NCBI GenBank assembly: GCA_050273025.1
Contig: CP158635.1
Span: 21,204,001 to 21,268,000, forward strand
Direction: 5' to 3'
DNA length: 64,000 bases
DNA from: Cenococcum geophilum
Lineage: Eukaryota
In this document: one piece after another, positions 60,974 to 64,000 of the stretch
Layout of the letters: each line of letters opens with the position of its first letter
How positions within the stretch are numbered: the first letter of the stretch is position 1
The notes under the pieces: model-generated
What the model saw: only the letters and a program-made list of their open reading frames with translations
Database searches by the model: none
Told to the model about the DNA's origin: nothing
Made by a program: the position numbers and the translations under genes

Positions 60974-63666
60974 ATAAAATACTATTTTAAGATTTAGTAT
61001 ATTAAGGGAATAGAGAATATAAAAGCAAACGCGCTAAGTAGAAAGGCTGAACTATAAAATAATAAAAAGCTATTAGGGGCAATATTACGCAAAGACAAGA
61101 ACGGATTAATTAGGTATAATTACCCTAAAATTATAGCAACTTAGGAGAATAAGCTACTAGAAAGTAATTAAACTAAAAGAATTTAAAAGGCGCAAATTTA
61201 AGATATAGATTTAAAGTAGTATAAGAATTAAGAAGTAATATATATGCCTAAATTAATTATTAAAGATTTTATTAAAGATTTCTACAGGGGAATAATATAG
61301 GGACATAATAGAGCCATGGGCTTAGCATTAAGACTTTAAGAGGAGTATATTATTAACGGAATTTAGGGCTTAGTAAGGGAAGTTATAAAGGAATATTTAG
61401 ATTGCTAAAGGAATAAGCTAATAAGATATAAGCCGTATAGGAAGCTACAGCCTATTAAAATACCAAAACGTCTATAGGAAACAATATTATAGGACTTTAT
61501 TATAAAGTTACTAAAATTAAAAGATTCTATTACTAGATAACAGTATAACGTAATCTCAGTAATAGTAGATAAGTTAACTAAGTAGGGCTACTTTATAGCA
61601 TATATAAAAGAAATCTTAATAGAAAATATAGCTAGAATTTATATTAAAGAAGTATTTCTAAGATATAGAGCACTAAATAAGATTATATTAGAGAGATATC
61701 TAAGATTTATAATAGCATTTTAGGAAGTATTCTTAGCAAAATAAGGAGTTTAAGTAGCAACTTCTACTGTATATTATCTATAGACAGACGGATAAACGGA
61801 AAGATTAAATTAAACGCTAGAGCAGTATCTAAGATACTGTATTAATTATATACAGAATAATTAGGTATTATTATTACTAGTTATATAGTTTATATATAAT
61901 ATAATACTATAAAAAGGCATAGAGATGTTACTATTTTAGGCAAATTATAACTATAAGCTTAAAATATCGTTGTTACTATAATAAGCGAATAAAATAAGTA
62001 AAATAGCAAAGTAGAGGATAGAGACTCTAATAAATCTTTATAAGGACCTCTATTTTTTTGTAAAACTAATATAAAAAAAGATAAAGAAGTACTATAATAA
62101 TAAAAGATTTAAGGGACTAGATCTAAAGGAGGGGGATAAAGTATAGTTATTATATAAAATTTTTATAAGTTAATAACTAAGTAAAAAGTTGGACCACGTT
62201 AGACTAAGACTATTTAATATTATAGCTAAGATTTTAGGGGTTATATATAGACTTAACTTACTAACAAGAATAAAAATCTACCTTATATAGTATATCGCGA
62301 TACTAGAGCTAGTATATAGAGATATAAAGCTACTAGTTTGTAAAGCAGATACGTATAGAGAATAAAAGGAAGATAAATAGTAGGTTTTAAGGATTATTAA
62401 TTATAAGGATATTAATAATAAAATATAGTATAAAGTAAAGTAGATAGGTTATAATAAAACTACCTAGAAGCTATTATAGAACTTAAGGAAGTCTATAGAA
62501 AAGGTATAGAAGTATTAGAAGAGAACGGGTTAGGTAATATTAAAAAGAAGCTAAAGATAAAGGGATTAGTTAAAGGTAATAAATAAGCCAAATTATTTAA
62601 GGGATCCACTATTAGTATATAAGTTATTTCCGTCTCTTCTTAATTAGAATCCTTTTTAGCCTCCTTAGCCTTAAGCTTAAAGAGACCTTACTTAATAAAA
62701 CGTATCTCTTTAGAGCGCACCTTTTTATAAACTTTTATTAAATAAAATAACCGAGTATAAGTATATAGTTAAGCTTTTAGGGCCTAAGACGCTTTATTAG
62801 AATAACATTAAACCTTAGCAAGAGCTTTAGCTAGCTTACTCTCTAGTTTTTTAGTAACTACTAATATATAAGACCCTAAGACATATTAGATAAGAAATAA
62901 GACGATTATAGAAAATTATAAGATATATATATTTAGCGCTAGAAACGGATTAAACGTTATAGGATAACTATATATTCGCTTATATACACTTAGTATAGAA
63001 AGAAGGTTAGTAACTAGATGGAGCTGCAATTATAATATATATTAACTTCTTTTCTATATAATAAGAATAGGACGGTATAACTTTACTAAGTAAAAAATAA
63101 ATATTACTAGCTAATTATAACGATTAGATATAAAAAATCTAATAGGAGGTATTAGAGATAATAAAGGTTATTAAATTAAAAATGGGAATGTTATACCTCT
63201 AATAAATAACTTAAAGATAGGAGATATCTTTAAGGATAAAAATAAAAAGAAGGGGAATAGTATTACGGACCTTATATTAACAGTAGCATAAATATTAAGA
63301 AAAGATATAAATAGGTTAGTTAAGATAGTATAGGAGGCACTAAAACTAATTAAGCTATAAAATAAGGGGTAGCTAAGTTATATAGCTAGTTATGTTATAA
63401 GTTCGGAATATAGGAATATAGGAATATAGAAACGTAACGTACTAACGTACTAAGCATATTTCTTAGGCGCAGTATTATATATTTAAAGGACTATAGTCCC
63501 TACCTAGATAGTTCTCTTCTTTATAGTAAATCTTAGAATATAATTTAGAGTTAATCTATTAGGTAACTACTTCACTAGTTATATTATCGTTATTAACTTA
63601 CTAGTTACCTATATACTTAGCCCATTAGTAAGTCTACTATAGTATCTCCTATAAGGCTTTATTATA
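60974..63666 (+). mobile_element. Ty3/Gypsy F (C/E family), 3' half only: integrase, chromodomain, antisense gene, 3' LTR 63261-63666
   Basis: Homology to C begins abruptly at 'EYYFKI.[H]IKG' (60974); PPT AAAAAGAAGGGGAATAG; LTR 3' part similar to the C/E LTRs. Confidence 0.88.
62560..63152 (-). pseudogene. Antisense Zn(II)2Cys6-like gene, diverged copy in Gypsy F
   Basis: 'KVIPS[C]SY[C]IEKKLI[C]IIIAAPSSY.PSF[C]TKCI.ANI.LS[C]NV.SVSSAK', essentially the same spacing and intron position; heavily RIP-mutated. Confidence 0.6.
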
Positions 63667-63750
63667 GTTTAAAGAGAACGTTATAGACGCAATTAATTAG
63701 CTACCCTACTCGCCTAATTTAAACCCTATTAAGTACGCCTAGGTATATAC
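63667..63750 (+). pseudogene. Tc1/mariner transposase fragment (target of Gypsy F)
   Basis: 'FKENVIDAIN[W][P]PYSP[D]LNPI[E][H]A[W]V' = WPPYSPDLNPIE motif. Confidence 0.8.
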
Positions 63751-64000
63751 GCAACTCTAAAAAGGAGGTAGTTAAGAAGCTATTTAAGGCCCTAGTAATT
63801 TACTAAAACGAGATAGCTTCTACCTTTTTCAAGTCTTTAATTGTTAAATAGACAGTTAGGAATAAAAACTCTGTCTTATTATAAGAGGCTTTAGAGCCTT
63901 ATTATATATACTAAATAAGTAGCAAATAGAATAACAATAATGTTATTATTTAGTTGGTAATATATAATAAAAGTAGGTAATAAGACGTTTAATAAGACAT

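Noticed and set aside
63745..64000. Possible further element starting after a TA in the Tc1 fragment
   Set aside because: The partner end is outside the window and no motif was recognised, so it cannot be supported
1..64000. Intact host genes, tRNA/rRNA genes, Starship captain (tyrosine recombinase)
   Set aside because: None recognised; every coding relic is TE-associated and interrupted by RIP-type stops

Overview
Gene-free, deeply nested transposon stack from a filamentous ascomycete, heavily mutated by repeat-induced point mutation (RIP). The evidence is TpA excess, C>T/G>A differences between paired LTRs/TIRs, and TAA/TAG in place of CAA/CAG/TGG in every reading frame. No intact host gene is visible. 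Using target-site duplications (TSDs) I resolve six Ty3/Gypsy elements (A-F; B-F show a chromodomain; C, E and F are one family), three Tad1-like LINE-type insertions (one full length, one 5'-truncated, one ORF1-only), two nested hAT elements, two inverted copies of a non-coding tandem-repeat-rich CGTCAGG-ended DNA element with 2-bp TSDs, a Helitron PIF1 helicase relic, a Tc1/IS630-like element inside a related MITE, a foldback MITE and a Tc1 fragment. The most interesting signals are: (1) a spliced antisense Zn(II)2Cys6-like plus coiled-coil gene conserved in all three C/E/F chromoviruses; (2) comparable convergent Cys-rich accessory genes in the Tc1-like element and beside the Helitron helicase; (3) a ~120-nt rod-like hairpin shared by two different Gypsy families but in opposite orientation; (4) an ORF1-only 'half-LINE' with a 1.7-kb unexplained leader. 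All protein calls come from manual translation with RIP reversal (reverted residues in brackets), and internal domain coordinates are approximate.
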